A DNA stretch of 64,000 bases from Phoronis australis. Its lineage: Eukaryota > Animalia > Phoronida. Under the pieces are notes generated by a model. The model saw only the letters and a program-made list of their open reading frames with translations. It made no database searches and was not told where the DNA came from. Made by a program: the position numbers and the translations under genes. Of this stretch, positions 38,001 through 51,826 are shown piece by piece (the first letter of the stretch is position 1; every line of letters starts with the position of its first letter). Where the stretch lies: contig NMRA01000957.1 in NCBI GenBank assembly GCA_002633005.1, positions 1-64,000 on the forward strand, in the 5' to 3' direction.

Positions 38001-41000
38001 CGTGTGGGCGTTGGAATTCCATGTCTAGAATTCTACGATTGCCCTTAAAAGGGAGCTAATTACCACGTTACCTAAATCACCATGCTTGGAATCTATTGTC
38101 ACGGGTGCCATCAACCATTGTAGCATGCATGCTTGGCTTACTTATTTCTGAACTTTAGTCAGATTGCACATCCTCGGCAGACGCACCTTACGGATTTCAC
38201 GATTAAATTTCTTTATATTCCTTCGCTGAGCCCTCTTGTGACCACAAAGGAAACCTTTTCAGTGACAAAATGGTGACGTATGGGCAAAAATCGCTTCTTT
38301 TTTGTTTCAAAATTTCAATCACAAAGTAAGTACGTTTTTGATCAGCAGTCATCGAAAACCCTCGCTTACGTTGGTCACCTCTCAAAAAACGGCCTAATAG
38401 CCTAATCACCTGTTACTTACTCATGTTGCTTTTTGTTAAAAATGTCCATTAACAAATTGAGTTTGACTGGACATGCAACCTAGTTTTCTTCGCTCTAGCC
38501 ACTCTATGTGTGTACAGAACGAGTGGACGGGGAAACAGACTACTCAAGTCTTCTGCCATTTTGAAAACATGTGTCTCACTTTGAGTGGATTCTGCGGTTC
38601 TATTTTAGTTTAAAATAGCTATTCGTTTTACTAATAGACTTCGGTTAGTCGCCTAGTAATACGGCATGGTCAAGTTAAGTGCCATGTTGAAACACGTCAT
38701 ATCGAAACTACCAAACACATTAGAGACTTACCGCAGTGTTCCGTGCAAATGTCGAGAGCAGAGTGAAAGGTCGTTGAAAATGAAACGAACAGAGTGAGTG
38801 TTGAAAAGCAGACAAGATGACGCAAGTCTTCGAGAGATTCCGTCATGCATTACAAGCAAAAAAGCGCGTGAATGATGTTTAATTACGCCCATCAGGTTAT
38901 CCACCGATGAATCAACCTGTTTAGTCAATTCCTCATCAAATTTTCACACCTTGTCAATAAGATCTTTTCCTATGTTCTGCAAACGAACTCTTGGCGTTAA
39001 AAATACAGACTTTGGAAACACCAACAATCTGCTCCACATGATGTACAAAATTTGAAATTATGAACAGTATAGTGGGTCAAAGACTTCTAAAATCTTGCAC
39101 AAAGTCTAATGAAACTGATTCCAAAATCATTTTTTCGTCTTTTACTAACAACTATCGCATATGTAGCAGAAATTTTCACCTCAAAGCCAGCATTTGCATG
39201 CGATAATTACGAAATGACAGTGCATTCAGATTACATGACTCTCAAGATTACAGAAATCAGGTGAAAAGAGGATGCCCGCCAATCAGATTTTTTACAAATC
39301 CAAAGTGTACCTGAATTTCCTGCTAAATTTCAACTTTCCGCTCGCAAGCAGCAAAGGTTTTAAAAGAAAAGCATTGCCATCTTTAAAAACTTGTTTTGTG
39401 GCTGAACTATTTGTTTTGTTTGTTATATTTGTTTTTCAATACTGCGAGTAAGCGTTCTTACTTAGGCATGCGAAATATTCATGAATCGACTGGAGTTTGT
39501 AGATTTGAAAGAATCGCCAACATTAACTTGATTTGCTCCAGATTGCGACGTCGGTTTCACGCAATCAGTTTTTAAGTCGAGAATACGTTCTGTACAGCTA
39601 GTACCTGGCATAAACAGAACTTACCGGTCTTGACGGTGGTTTTTATGAGCTACGAAACGTCTTTCCAGAAATCTTAATTGCTAATACATCTGTGGTGAGG
39701 TTTCCTTTCAACTTTTAAGTGCTACGAAACTTGCAATAGCAGTTTACGTCAGAGCCTATCCTTACGTTTTGCTGCATCAAAACGGATAAGATGAAAGTCT
39801 CAAATAATTCCCTGTAACCCTCGCCAACCCTCAAGAAGTTGTTCAAGGCTCGTTACAAATATGTACTAACTTTCTTAAGTAGGCATTGCTAACCACTTTG
39901 AGAATCATTTTTTTACATTTCAAAAACATCTCAGACAGTGCAAAAATTTCATTAGCTACAGTCAATAGCATTGGATGGTTTGTTGAGCAAACAATTCTCT
40001 ACTTATTGGAGAAGGGCTGAGATCTCTTAAAATAATTACAAGTGGGAAGAAATCGATATCATGTACCATCCGTTGCTTCACTCATTACGTAACACGTCTA
40101 GTTTCTAATCTATTAGGGAGATGCTCTTATTACTTCGAGTAACACGCTTAAGATGCACGTTCAATTTTACTCCAATTTTTGTCCGCCTTCGGAGACCATT
40201 GGCCCGACTCTGCGTTTTATTTTTGACACGAGACCTGATGCAATGGAGTGAATAGACAAATATTACTAAATTAACCGATTCGTGACTAGCCTCACATTCA
40301 GCTGAGCTATAGCAAAGTGCATATAGAGAATGGAAATCGGATTCAAATTGCATTCGGCTCTGCGCAGCCCCGTCCTGTTTTGTCATAAATGTTCTCTAGT
40401 ATTCATTACATTGTTTTCTGTTTGCAAACTTGGCTTTGGTTGATAATTACAAACAGGACTTCAAAGCAATTAAAGGTCTAGAGATTTTTTTGCTTGCCTA
40501 TAGGTGATTGCTCAGCGGAGTACTTATACACGGCCAAATTTCAAATTTTAAATAAATCTACTATAATTCGTGTTCCATACAAGAAGCGAACTTTTGATTT
40601 ACACTACTTGAAGTTATAAGATTGGTCTCACTTGTTTCTTAGTTATTTTTGAGTTTGCGAAAAACGGTCAGTTCTTTATTCGGTGAGGCCGCGCTCGGCG
40701 CATAAAATGACACGCCGCCAGTGACAAGTCAATATGTAGAGCTTGATCTCAAGCCGTAACGAAGTGTCAGTTCTTTTGCCTTTGAAGCCCTGAAAACGTC
40801 TACAGTTTGACTAAGATACAACTTAAGATCAACTTCATGACGTTGCAATGTATATGAATTTGTCGTGGTCGGCCGTCATCAATGATTTTCGCGATAAACT
40901 TACATCTCACTAAATCAATTACTGAGTGGGTGGTTTTCAATCCCGATGGATACTAGTGGATCATACTGCGGCACGCAGGGTGATTTTTTCATCAATTCGT

Positions 41001-42525
41001 AACTAGATTCCCTACGAAAGAGTATATTAAGCCTACATTCACACGGGAGGGATGGTGGAGATCTAGCAATGAAAACGGTTTCTTATTTCACTTACTTATA
41101 GCACAGATATCAGGTCAGTGCTGTGAAACAAGAATAGGCTACAGTCCAAAACGACCGGGTATTCAATTTTAATACTTAATAAATAAGCATTTTGTAATGC
41201 TTAATCCCAACAAAATGTCAAGCCAACCCGCCATGGTGCGAAAGGAAAGGCTATACAAGCTGGACTAACTAAACTTGAAACGATGTGGTTTAAATTTCAT
41301 TTTACCTTCTCTCTAAAAGGAGATCAGTCCGCACATTGCCACCGGACCAATAGTACATATCACATGAAATAAACAAACGTATACACAACAAGGGACGGAT
41401 ATAATAGTTTCCATTGGCGTTCCTCGCAGAACTAAGTCGAAATGGTCGAAGTTTCGAACCTGACTCAAGTAGGGGTGTATGTAGGCCTCCTTCAGTACCC
41501 TTCAGCGAGTGATGAATGAATCAATTACCACTCCTGGAGAGAAAATTTTTCGCCGAAGAATCATTTAGCTCATATTATGGCTAGAACGTCCACCAAGAAC
41601 TCACAAATTCAATCCCACTTACTCAGACACACTGCCACAGGAGGGTTTGCTGGTTTTTATTTCTTCGAAGAACGTAATAAGCATGCCAACCGGAACATTT
41701 GGGGGACTTCCTGAGTGGCGCGCCCACGGAGCTTGTGCAGTGATAACTACGGGTGCATGTGCGGAAATCCACAATAGCTCCCTTGAGAGCCCAACTCTGG
41801 CTATAGATACCATTCAGACGCCCTGCATTCCTTTCCCGAGTTCATTGACCTGAATGAGAGCCCTAAACATACCTATTTTTATCAAAATAACTTATATCAC
41901 TAAATTTTATAATGTTATTACTGTTATATTTTATAACTTAAAGCGTCTATAAAACATGTGAATCGCTTATGAAAGCTTGGGCCTGTGTTTAAAATGAAAC
42001 GAGTGAAAATAAAGGAGTTATACGTGTATCGCGAGAATGTCGGAGAGTTACTCGGAGTTTGCGAAATCCGCGTCAGTTTGTTGGCCCAAAGATTATGTTC
42101 AACTGGGCTTGAGGCATATTATTAGTTTAAAAATGTATTTGCATGCTACAAACTATGCTAAGGTATAGCAGGAACTAAACGACAATACTATTTTAATATA
42201 ATCTACGCTAAACAAAATGCAATTGTATTCACTGACAACTTGTAAATGTGAAAATAAAATATTCTGCAAATAGGTGACCTTTGCACTAATGACGGCTCAC
42301 ATATCCCGCCTCGTGTAGTGTTATTCCCCAACGCCAAATCACGATACTTACTGGACACTGTTGAGGGATTTACAGCCGATCATTTTCGACTCAAAATTCG
42401 TTCTTAAAAAATGTGGCAATTTTCAACGTACCGGTACTTCATATTCACATCGTCGCTATATGTTGTGTTTCTAACTAACAACCAAGCAAACACAGAGATG
42501 GGGAATTAGCTTGCAAGTTCCACTT

Positions 42526-43040
42526 TAAGGTTATCGACAAAGTCTGTACATTTATCCAAATGTTTACAAAACTATAGATTTTAACTCAGCAAAAGTATAT
42601 ATTTTCTAAAAGTAGACATTCCGTAGAATTTGAATTTTGACTTCATATCAATCTGTCACTAATTAGGTCACGTGACCGTGCATTTTAAGAACATTTACTG
42701 AGAAAGAAGGATACCTCCTAAGCAAAACAACAGAAACAATAGCATGACCAAATTTTGTATGACTTAAATGTGCACGATAAAATAAAATCTCAAAAAGCTT
42801 TATTTACAGTTTTGTCAGCTAAATTATCGTTTCGTTTTTGTTCTATGCAGCTATATTCTTTTCATAAAAATCACATAACTCCTATTGAAAAAGTGAAAAT
42901 TTTAAAAACAATACCCAACAGCGTTTTGGAAAACAGTGTATAAGGCGCAGTGTCTGAAAGTTTCATATGAATCCAGACTCCGACTAGCTATGTCTGAGAT
43001 GTTCCGAAGTTGGCCAAAATTGGAAATTTTTCTCAGGTCC
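42526..43040 (+). mobile_element. ~500-bp non-autonomous DNA transposon family, copy 3
   Basis: Begins ttaa-ggttatcg and carries the same diagnostic blocks. Confidence 0.65.
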
Positions 43041-44696
43041 TCGAAGGAATGTGGGCCAGAGTTGACTGTAAATGAAAATTTGCTAAACAATCACGCTCCT
43101 AATACTTTAAGGGGCTGCAATTTCAATTTTGGAAGGAAAACAGTGTAACCCCCAAAAACGACATGCGAGTGGCGTTATTTGATCGTGTCTTAGAAGGGTA
43201 GGGATCTCGAGTTCCCTTGTACGTACCCTATGGTGAAGTTACTTGGTGATATTTGCTAGAATAAAAACAGCTACGAACACGCCTTTCGTGATAGAAACCA
43301 AAATTTGATTTAGCCGACTTTCTGGTATGAAATTGCTCGTTAGTCAAAATAGGTTCAGGACTCGGAAAGAACTTTCAGTTCATTGGTCTATACAAGTTGG
43401 CTTGTCATAGTGAGCAGGGTCTCGACCAAAGTCATTGTGCAAGAAATCACTTCTTATTTGAGTAAGGACGGAACTCTGGTTTACTGCCGCCTGTTACAAC
43501 TATTGTTCTGTTAGCAGCAAGGTCGCAAAAACATATTTGGTCAATTTTACGTGGGTGTGCAATTTATTTCTATGCTTTCATCGCCGTGACGAGTTTGGCG
43601 CGTTCATCGCTGTGACGAGTTTGGCAGCTCGCCATTTCGCTGGTATACGTGGCAAAACTAGAATCCATTGCGGACACCAGAGTTTAGTGGGCTGAGTTTC
43701 AGACACTTGCTTCTAATGATTTGAAAAAGTTACTTACCTGAGACCACCAGCTGCTGAAGCGTGCGCGCAGCCAACACGAGACTCTATTTTACTTCAGCGC
43801 CATCTATAAATCAACGCTATGGTCTTGGGCTATAACCGTGTGCGTGTGTGGTAATCAAGTTCCGATAGCGTGCGTTGAAACATTTTCAAACTACAATTAC
43901 ACCATTAATTCATGTCATAGAACAAAGAAACTGGTCACATTCATTTGACTAAGGTCATCACCTTTCTAATGGAATAAATATTTTTTTAATCAGTAACTCT
44001 GCAAATACTTTCAGAAATTGCCAAAAATCGTTGATTTGCCACTTGACTTTTCCTGGTTATTTCTTCCTTGTCATGTCGACGATCCCCCACCATGTTTATT
44101 TATATGTTTAATGTCGATGGGGGTTCCTTGTTAGTTTCAAAGTGTTTCGCTGTTAGATTCCTTAGTGCTATGCCAGGTTCATTCGATCTCACCTGTTTCA
44201 TCATGTTCCATTTCCGTTGGCTCGTTTTCCTTGAAAGAGACCAGCACCTTCAATAAGAACCGTCAGGAACGGAAGATCCAAAAAACTATTCAGGAGGAGT
44301 ATAGCATCTATCCTGTAACTTCCATCCGTAGTTGAGAGGATCTAAACGTTTCCCTGATTGGTCGAATCCGTTTCACCCAATAGGACGGTAGCATAGTGGG
44401 TTCCGTGCTTGTTCAGTAGTGCCTTTCGGCAAGCTGAAGCAATGGGCTATATTCCATTATAAGACTTTGAAAGCTATTATCTGTTGCACATCATTTGTCT
44501 TGCTGTCATACCGGTGAGGATTACAAAAACATCCGTTTCAGAGGCGCTCATCAACGTATTGCCATTTGAACAAGACGCCTGTCGGTTTCTTCATATAATG
44601 CGACAAAGGGTTCTTAAACGAAAACCTTTCTGTGCGTTCAAATGTGCTTATTCAACGCGCACTGTTACGTAATCGATGTGGGGAACTGAATGTCCA

Positions 44697-45346
44697 ACCT
44701 TATCTGCCAGTCGGTGCATTTAGCCCCACGTCCAAAAAACTATAGAATTTAACTTAGTGAATGTATATATTATTTTTTTAAATAAGCCTGTAGAATTTAA
44801 TTTTAGACTTTTCTATCAATCTACCATTAATTGGGTTGAACATGAATTTTAATAAAATTTAGCAACAAAGAAAGGGGCATTCATAGCTACTGTAAACAAC
44901 GGTATCAATACCATGACTAAATTTTGTTTGATTTAAATGTTCGATGTAAAATTTCAAAAAAAAATCTGCCACAGATCTCTAAATTATCTCTTCGTTTTTG
45001 TTTTATCCGACTTTTAAGGTTTTTTATAAAAACACGAAAAGTCCTAATTTTTGATAGCTTCTCATACAAAAGTGGAACATTTAAGAGCAATTCCTGATAG
45101 CGTATTGAAGAACATCGCATAGAGCATTATTTCATATGAATCCGATCAGCCATTTGTGAGATTAGGTGTTCCGAAGTTAGCCAAATTTGGACATTTTCGT
45201 GGGGCCCTTGTTGGTGGGAATACTCGACGACATTATAGAAATGGTTATCTGTTGAATGTTGGAAATATCTGTGACTTAGCCACTTCTGAAATATGATGTT
45301 CCGAAGTTAGATTTGGCCATTTCTGTAGGGTTTGACATAACCTTAA
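44697..45346 (+). mobile_element. ~500-bp non-autonomous DNA transposon family, copy 4 (duplicated 3' end)
   Basis: Same blocks; gatgttccgaagttag..atttgg occurs twice; the copy ends acataacc-ttaa. Confidence 0.6.
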
Positions 45347-45551
45347 CCAACGCGCTAAATTGGTTCTAAACGATTACCTTTCTGCACTTATTCAACGCGC
45401 TGAATTGTTTTATCAACACGTTGAATTAATCATTATTTCCAATCAAAAACGAGCATGCAGTCAGTACGTACCGCCGAGAGGAGGTAGCATAGGCGAAGCA
45501 TTAAGACTAGTTCAATTTTGCGAACACTGTAGTTTTAAACTTTCCTGCTCC

Positions 45552-46108
45552 CAGCCTCGTCCCCAAGCCAAAAGATGCCGCTGATCGGTTTAGCCATTTG
45601 CGGCTGAGGAGAAAATTATTTACTTGGAAGAATTTTGCCTTGTTTTTACGGAAATCGCCGAAATAACACGAGTGATATTAAGTTGGAGCAGCTCATTTTG
45701 CGGTAGTACAATACAAAAAGCAAAATGAGCTGTATTCATGCACCAATTAAAAAATCGATGTATTTATATTCAAAACCAGCATAATTTCTATGGTGCTTTC
45801 AAAAACCAGAAGGAACTAAAACAGTGTCCTATGGTTCCGAATGACGAATGGTAACAACAATAACGCCTGTGAAAATAATTAAAATCTGGCTTTGCATCTG
45901 ATTCACATTCTCGAAAAAATACTCAAATTTATGACATCAAAGGACAAGAATCTTCAAGAACTGATATTTAGTATTCAGGTTTCTTGTGTCGCTCTTGTCA
46001 GTGGTGAACGTCGTCTACGGCCAATCAGAGCGCAAAAGGGATATCTCCTCATCAAACCTCAAATGGATAAACTGGTCATTGCCATCTTGAGGCTTGGGGA
46101 CGAGGCTG
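45552..46108. mobile_element. MITE with perfect 18-bp TIRs CAGCCTCGTCCCCAAGCC / GGCTTGGGGACGAGGCTG
   Basis: The TIRs extend imperfectly (aagatg). Flanks tcc / acc may be a degenerate 3-bp TSD. Superfamily uncertain. Confidence 0.7.
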
Positions 46109-46552
46109 ACCTGTTCCTCACAAAATTTATTGTACCGTCATTTACATGTTGACTTGATATCGGAATTGCGGACTGTCTTATTGAGTTGCAGAGAAAAAAT
46201 ACCGTTAAAACTACAAAAACGACTCGAGTGGTGATGAGCCGGGAGGAACATAATATTTGACAAGTAATTATTCAAGCGAGAGCTCAAGAGATAGATTAAA
46301 TTTGAATTGAAAACTAGTTGAAGACAATTTCACTTTGGTATGCAGCAGACCAAAAGTTCTGTCATCTGCGCTGGAAACATAATTACTTCAAAATATTTCG
46401 ATCTGCTTCAAGTTCATCATATACGTAAAACAATTTTAAGCCCGATGACCGGAAACCATGTCGAAGAAAATGTCTGGTTTCGAGAACAGGAAGCTAAAAG
46501 TCCTCAGACACCAAAAAATCAATCAACGAAAAAATCACTTAAACATACCAAT

Positions 46553-46669
46553 CGCCAGATAAACTAGACGAAGAGTTGTAAGTTTAACGAGTTTAATTCG
46601 CAGCCGACAACACAACGAACCGGAACGGCTCTCACCAAACACAGTCGTACGAATAACAATGCAATGGCG
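46553..46669 (-). repeat. 3' LTR (117 bp)
   Basis: Preceded on the minus strand by a short purine tract (gacagaagagg..). Confidence 0.93.
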
Positions 46670-46794
46670 TGATTGCCTCTTCTGTCACAGAAAATGAGGT
46701 AAACTTGCACTAAGAACGGGTAGTAAAAAACAAAAATATTAAACACAGTGCTAATAAGTTACTATGGCGTTAACAAAGTACAAAGTAGCTAAAA

Positions 46795-49700
46795 TCAGTC
46801 ATAAAGCCAATCGTCCGTTTGCCAACGAGGTTTGTGGCGCAGCCGTTGCGATCTTCTCTGGGCCTCTGGATGAGCAGGGAAGACGGGGGGTTCAACAGCA
46901 GGCGTTGTCGTAGAACCAAGCTGGCGGGATGCATCAGGGGGAGGAACGATGGTGGATGGCACAGCTGGGGCGGCAAGTGGGCAACGTGAAGGTAGTACAC
47001 CGTTGTTGCACCATGGAGCTGGATCGCAGGACGAGGGCAATAATGAAACGGATACTGGAACAGCGGAAGACGGTGGGAACTCGTCGTCATCATCGTGGCC
47101 ACAAGGGGCAGTGACAGGTGATGCAGCTGGAATGTCAGTAATCTCTGACGGAACACGGTAACACTCGCTGCGTTTGACACGGTAAGAAGCATTGCGTAAC
47201 TGATCTCCAGAAAATTTCCGAACACTCAACCACACGCCACCGGAAGCAACCACGAGGTATCGTGGACGGGCTCTGGTCTTGTCCCTATCAGAGTAGAGGT
47301 AAACGAGATCGCCGATGGATGCGTCGCGTTCTACTGCCTGGTTGGATAAAGGAGCCTTGGGTCGTGCACTGGGTCCATCAGTGGTTGATGGAGCGCCGTT
47401 GTCGTTGGGAAGTGATCAACAAGTTGTCATGAACTGGTATTTGGCAATTGGTGAACTGGTCGCGCTGAAACCACATCTCTCTGGCAGACAATCCGGTGGA
47501 GCGAAGGCGGCTGTTCAATCGAGCAACAGCTACGGCCAGCTGTAAGGAACTGACATTGCCGGCTCTATGCTGATCACGCAGTAACTCGTGTGACAATTCC
47601 TGTGTGGTCTTCTCTGCAACAGGGTTATGGTTGGGATTCTTGATGCGTCGATCTCAATTGAAATGCGATGATGTTCTAGGAGTTTGTCCTTTTGAAGAGC
47701 CTGGAAACCTGAAGCCGGATCTGTACGGATAACTGCACGAGGGCCGTCTAACGAGCGCAGTTCGAGACACATTTGGAGAAGACCATTTCGAAGATCCTCG
47801 TGGCGTTCAGTAGCAATGATACAAGCCGCTGTGTAAGAAGAAACGCACTCTCGGAGTACCAAAATCAGCTGTCGCTCGCGCTTCATGACGTCAGCTGCAA
47901 ACGACGTCCCAACGGTCGCAGGTGTATCAGAGGTACTCTGCAGGGTCGTTGTTTTGGGGAAAGAGCGCATTGAACAACATTGATGGCACATGCGTGTGCA
48001 ACGATCAATGGCAGACTCTAAATCAAGTGCAAAGAAGAATCGTTGGGTGACAAGTTTCAGTTGATGGGAGGTGGGGTGCCGTGAGTAAGCCGTCCAAGAT
48101 GGGACGTGGAACGATGATGCGTTCTTCACGAGGGACGAGAGGCTTGTCTCGCCGAACCACAAGTAAACCATCTGACGCGATAGTGGCGACGTTGAGATAG
48201 CGTTTGACATCTCGAGCGTTGGTGTCTCTCTTGGAGGCCCGCGTCCCTTGGTTGAGATGAGAGTGTACTCGCCGTAACTCAGGAGATTCGGACTGAAGGG
48301 ATAACCAAGATGACCTCGTGGTGAACGGAAGTTTGTGTTCTCCCTGAAGGACATCGGCAGCAGTCGCATGGAGCACCACACAATCTTCCAGAGTGTTCAC
48401 GAAAAGGCACACTTGGCAAGAAGCGTCGGCTGTGGTGACTCGCAAAGTCGGAGACGATGTTAGTGGCACCAGATACGTGACGAACGATAGCCTGATAGCG
48501 AGAAATGGTGGAGAGAAACGTTGGCACGCGAGGACTGACTGAGAATTCGCACCTTGTACACAAGGCTTGCTGTCAGTAAGTATGATAGCAGGATGTGCTG
48601 ACTGAATCAGATAAAGGCTAAAATGTTTCACGGAAGCAGCAATGGCGAGGGCTTCAATTTCGCATGGGAGCCAAGTAACTTGACGTGATTTCAGTCTCGC
48701 ACTGAAGAAGCCGCAGACACGTGGCGTGTCCTCACGAGAGAGATACAGTGTACCAGCAATGAACGGGTGTTTGGCGGAGGCATCCGTGACTACCCACAGC
48801 TGATCGTCCGGTCTGGGTAGAGTGATAGTTTTATGCGTGGACAATGCCTTTTGGGATGAGGTGAAGGCACCATGTAACTCATCGGTCCAAGTAATGCGGT
48901 CTTTGGAATCGCATCCCAGAGGCGGATCTACAGGGGGGGTTCAGGGGGTTTAAACCCCCCCCCCTCGGGACAGGATCAAAAATAAAAACTGGAAAAAAAA
49001 TCGCCAGAAAAACGAAATTAGCTACTAAAATCCAAAAAAATCTTACACGGGAGGAGGGAAACCCTCTCGCGACCTTCCTTCTCCTCGGCGCTACGCGCCT
49101 CGGATTCCTTCGAATCCTAAACCCCCCCTTACTGAAATCGTAGATCTGCCACTGCATCCCGATACAGCGGAGTAAGGCAGGACTCTCGACATAGCTTTCA
49201 CGGCTCCGATGAAGGATCTCATTTGCCAAACAGCACCAGGTTTGGGATAAGACGAGAGAGCAGCTATCCCATGTGAGCTAGCTTGTAAAGGACCCATCTC
49301 CCAAATCCAGCCTGTGCGTCGTGGGTCTATGACTGTCTTTGTAGAAGATAGACGGAGATCCGCCGTGGACAATGCATATAGCACCCTTTTCCAGTTGGTA
49401 ATCAACTCTGTGATAGTCTGACCTCCATAGTATAGGTCTTCAGCGAGCTTGGTGACGGCTCCTTCTTCCAAAAGCTCTCCCAATACACGGACACGTCAAC
49501 TCTTCCAAAACGGTTTCCGAACCGGGCATACCCATGGCGCAACGTGCGTAGACACGGATACCTCGGAAAGGTGTGGATACGCCACAATATTTCATGGACT
49601 CTCGTGACAAAGGAATTTGATAGAAGGCACTCGTAAGATCAGTCTTGATGATGAAATTCCATTGAACAATCTTCCGAAGCACGGAATCTACGTCAGGCAG

Positions 49701-51824
49701 GAGAGAAGGTTGGGGCTTGGCGTACCGGCCGACGTCTGAAAATGCTGTAACTAAACGAAAACCTTCGTGGGGCTTCTTGACTAGAAACGAGGGATTAAGA
49801 TATTCTACTGTAATACCAACATTCTCTGGACGGGCGAATACTCCCAGGAGCTCCAGCTCGTTGATTTTTTGTTGCAATTCCAGGAGCTTTTCCTTGGAGT
49901 ATTGGGGGAGGCGATCTTTCCTCTGTGGAGGTTGCGTAGGACCCATGTTGACAACGGCCTCAAACGGGCCTGCGGCGCCGTTGTTCCCGGGGTATTGCGA
50001 ATCAAATACATGAGCAAATTCTCGATGCAGGGCGTGGAACCTGTCCCGATCTGCAGCATGCAGAATATTGTCGGGATCAATGGCAACAAAGCGATGATGA
50101 TCCAAGGTAGTTTTTTGGGATGAGATACATTGGGTGGCTGTTGGGGATCCAGATGGAACCTCTGAAGGAGTGAACACGGCGTGTACCTGGCAAAACTGCT
50201 CATCTCGTCGCAAAAATCGTGGTTCATCGGTGTTGTTAACAGGCGAATTTTGCCATTAGTCGGAGCAAGAATGGCGGGTTTTGGCCACAGTTGGGAAACA
50301 CCCGTGGAGCGGAGGCTAATGCTGTTGCAGCGAGGTTCGATTGCAAGATGTTCTTCAGGATCGGTGAAATCGGACGGGGCCTCCAACTCAAAACAATCAC
50401 CAGGCCAGATGGCTGTCGCCTGAGGTGGAGCACGTAATACGTGGGACAGTCGTGCTGTGGGTCGTGGGTATTTGTTTACGGGTTGGCCATAAGTGTATGT
50501 AGATCCGTCGGCCTATGTGATAGCCTTACGAGCAGATCTGATCGTACTGAAATGTCGTTGTAAGCCATAAATGGGGTTGCTGCCAAGACGTCTACGTCAA
50601 GAGACTCGATAACAAGACCGTGAAAAACGAATCAATGCTTGTCATGTGTGAAGACAAGTCGAGTTTCCCCCACAACCTGTAGAGTAGATGTACCATCGGC
50701 CTGTAGGCGGTTTGGGAATTTTTACGAACTTTCGTGCCCAACGAACGTGCACACGGTGCGGTAATCAGGTTTCCAGTGGCACCACAGTCAAATGTCAAAC
50801 GCACGGGGGACTGACCAACAAATGTGTCGAGATAAGGAGACTGGACTATGTGGACGCGAAGCGCGACAGCGGAGTCAGGGCAGAACTGCTCGCAAGATAT
50901 TGTGTCTTGAGCGAAGTCCTCCTCGGTGGCCTCGTCAACGTCGGTGGACCGGGCCTTGAGAAAGGCGCGCTTGTAGTCATGTGGGAGGAACGGGCACCGA
51001 GACAAGAAGTGGTCTGAGAGAGTGCGACGGGCGGTGGTGTATAAGACGCACGACGGGGTTCTACGGCGAGGGGGGGTTGTCTTCGAGCTGGGTTATGCGC
51101 ATGGAGCGAGTGTTCTCGATGCACCTAAGCTCATCAAGTAGTGAGTTCATAGCTTGAGAAATTTCAGTATTGATGGAGGCAAGGGACTTGTTGCGCAACT
51201 CCGCGCCACATCGTTGCTTAACAAGTTGGGGTAAACCTGGGTTGACCATCTGTAACCATAAGAACACAATAGTATTTTCGAGGGAGGGAGTCATGTCTTC
51301 GCCGATGTGGGCAGCCTCGCCATCATCATGATGCGCCGTTATGCCACACCCAACGTTGATTAAGTTATCCTCAAAAAAAGCAGTGAGGCGCTGGAATAGG
51401 TCTTCAGGACGCTCATTTGGATCTAATGATATGAGTCCCAGGTCTAAGAAATCTGCTCCTGTGGAAGCGAATCCGAAATGTTGGCGGATTTTCTGCCCTG
51501 GACAGATGTGGATGTCTTCACGATAGAATTACGGGATAAGACGGGACAAAAATTGGCAATTTGTCCCAGCATGAGCTCTAAATAAGCCAGTTTCATGTCA
51601 GCAGAACGCCGCTGCGGTTCTGGGGTGTCATCGGGGTCGTCGGTCAGACCACGCAGTGGAGCAGCGGTTGTCTTTTTTAGCCAACTAACGCCGTCGACAA
51701 GAAATGACGCAAAGTGAGGGTCCAATGAAAGGATGTATAATAAATTCTGCCTCCAGCTATCAAATGAAGTAATGGTCTCATTTTTTGTGAGCGGCCACTG
51801 TTTTGGAGCTCGGGTTGTAGCCAT
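46795..51824 (-). pseudogene. gag-pol polyprotein, multiply frameshifted
   Basis: Gag MATTRAPKQWPLTKNETITSFDSWRQNL and HFLSRC knuckle remnant. Protease LTFDCGATGN. RT KTDLTSAFYQIPL, MGMPGS and KLAEDLYYGG. RNase H VVTDAS, CEIEALAI and LTDSKPC. Integrase HP...CHQC, FAADV and IRTDPASGF. Confidence 0.92.
48917..49154 (-). mobile_element. hAT-family MITE with a 5-bp TSD, inserted in the retrotransposon pol
   Basis: CAGAGGCGGATCTAC / GTAGATCTGCCACTG termini with TSD CATCC. Its right end, reverse-complemented, closely matches the left ~110 bp of 53555-55885. Confidence 0.9.
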
Positions 51825-51826
51825 GT

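Noticed and set aside
48911-49160. 7-bp TSD (GCATCCC) for the MITE
   Set aside because: The related element at 53555 fixes the termini as CAG..CTG with a 5-bp TSD; the extra matches are coincidental.
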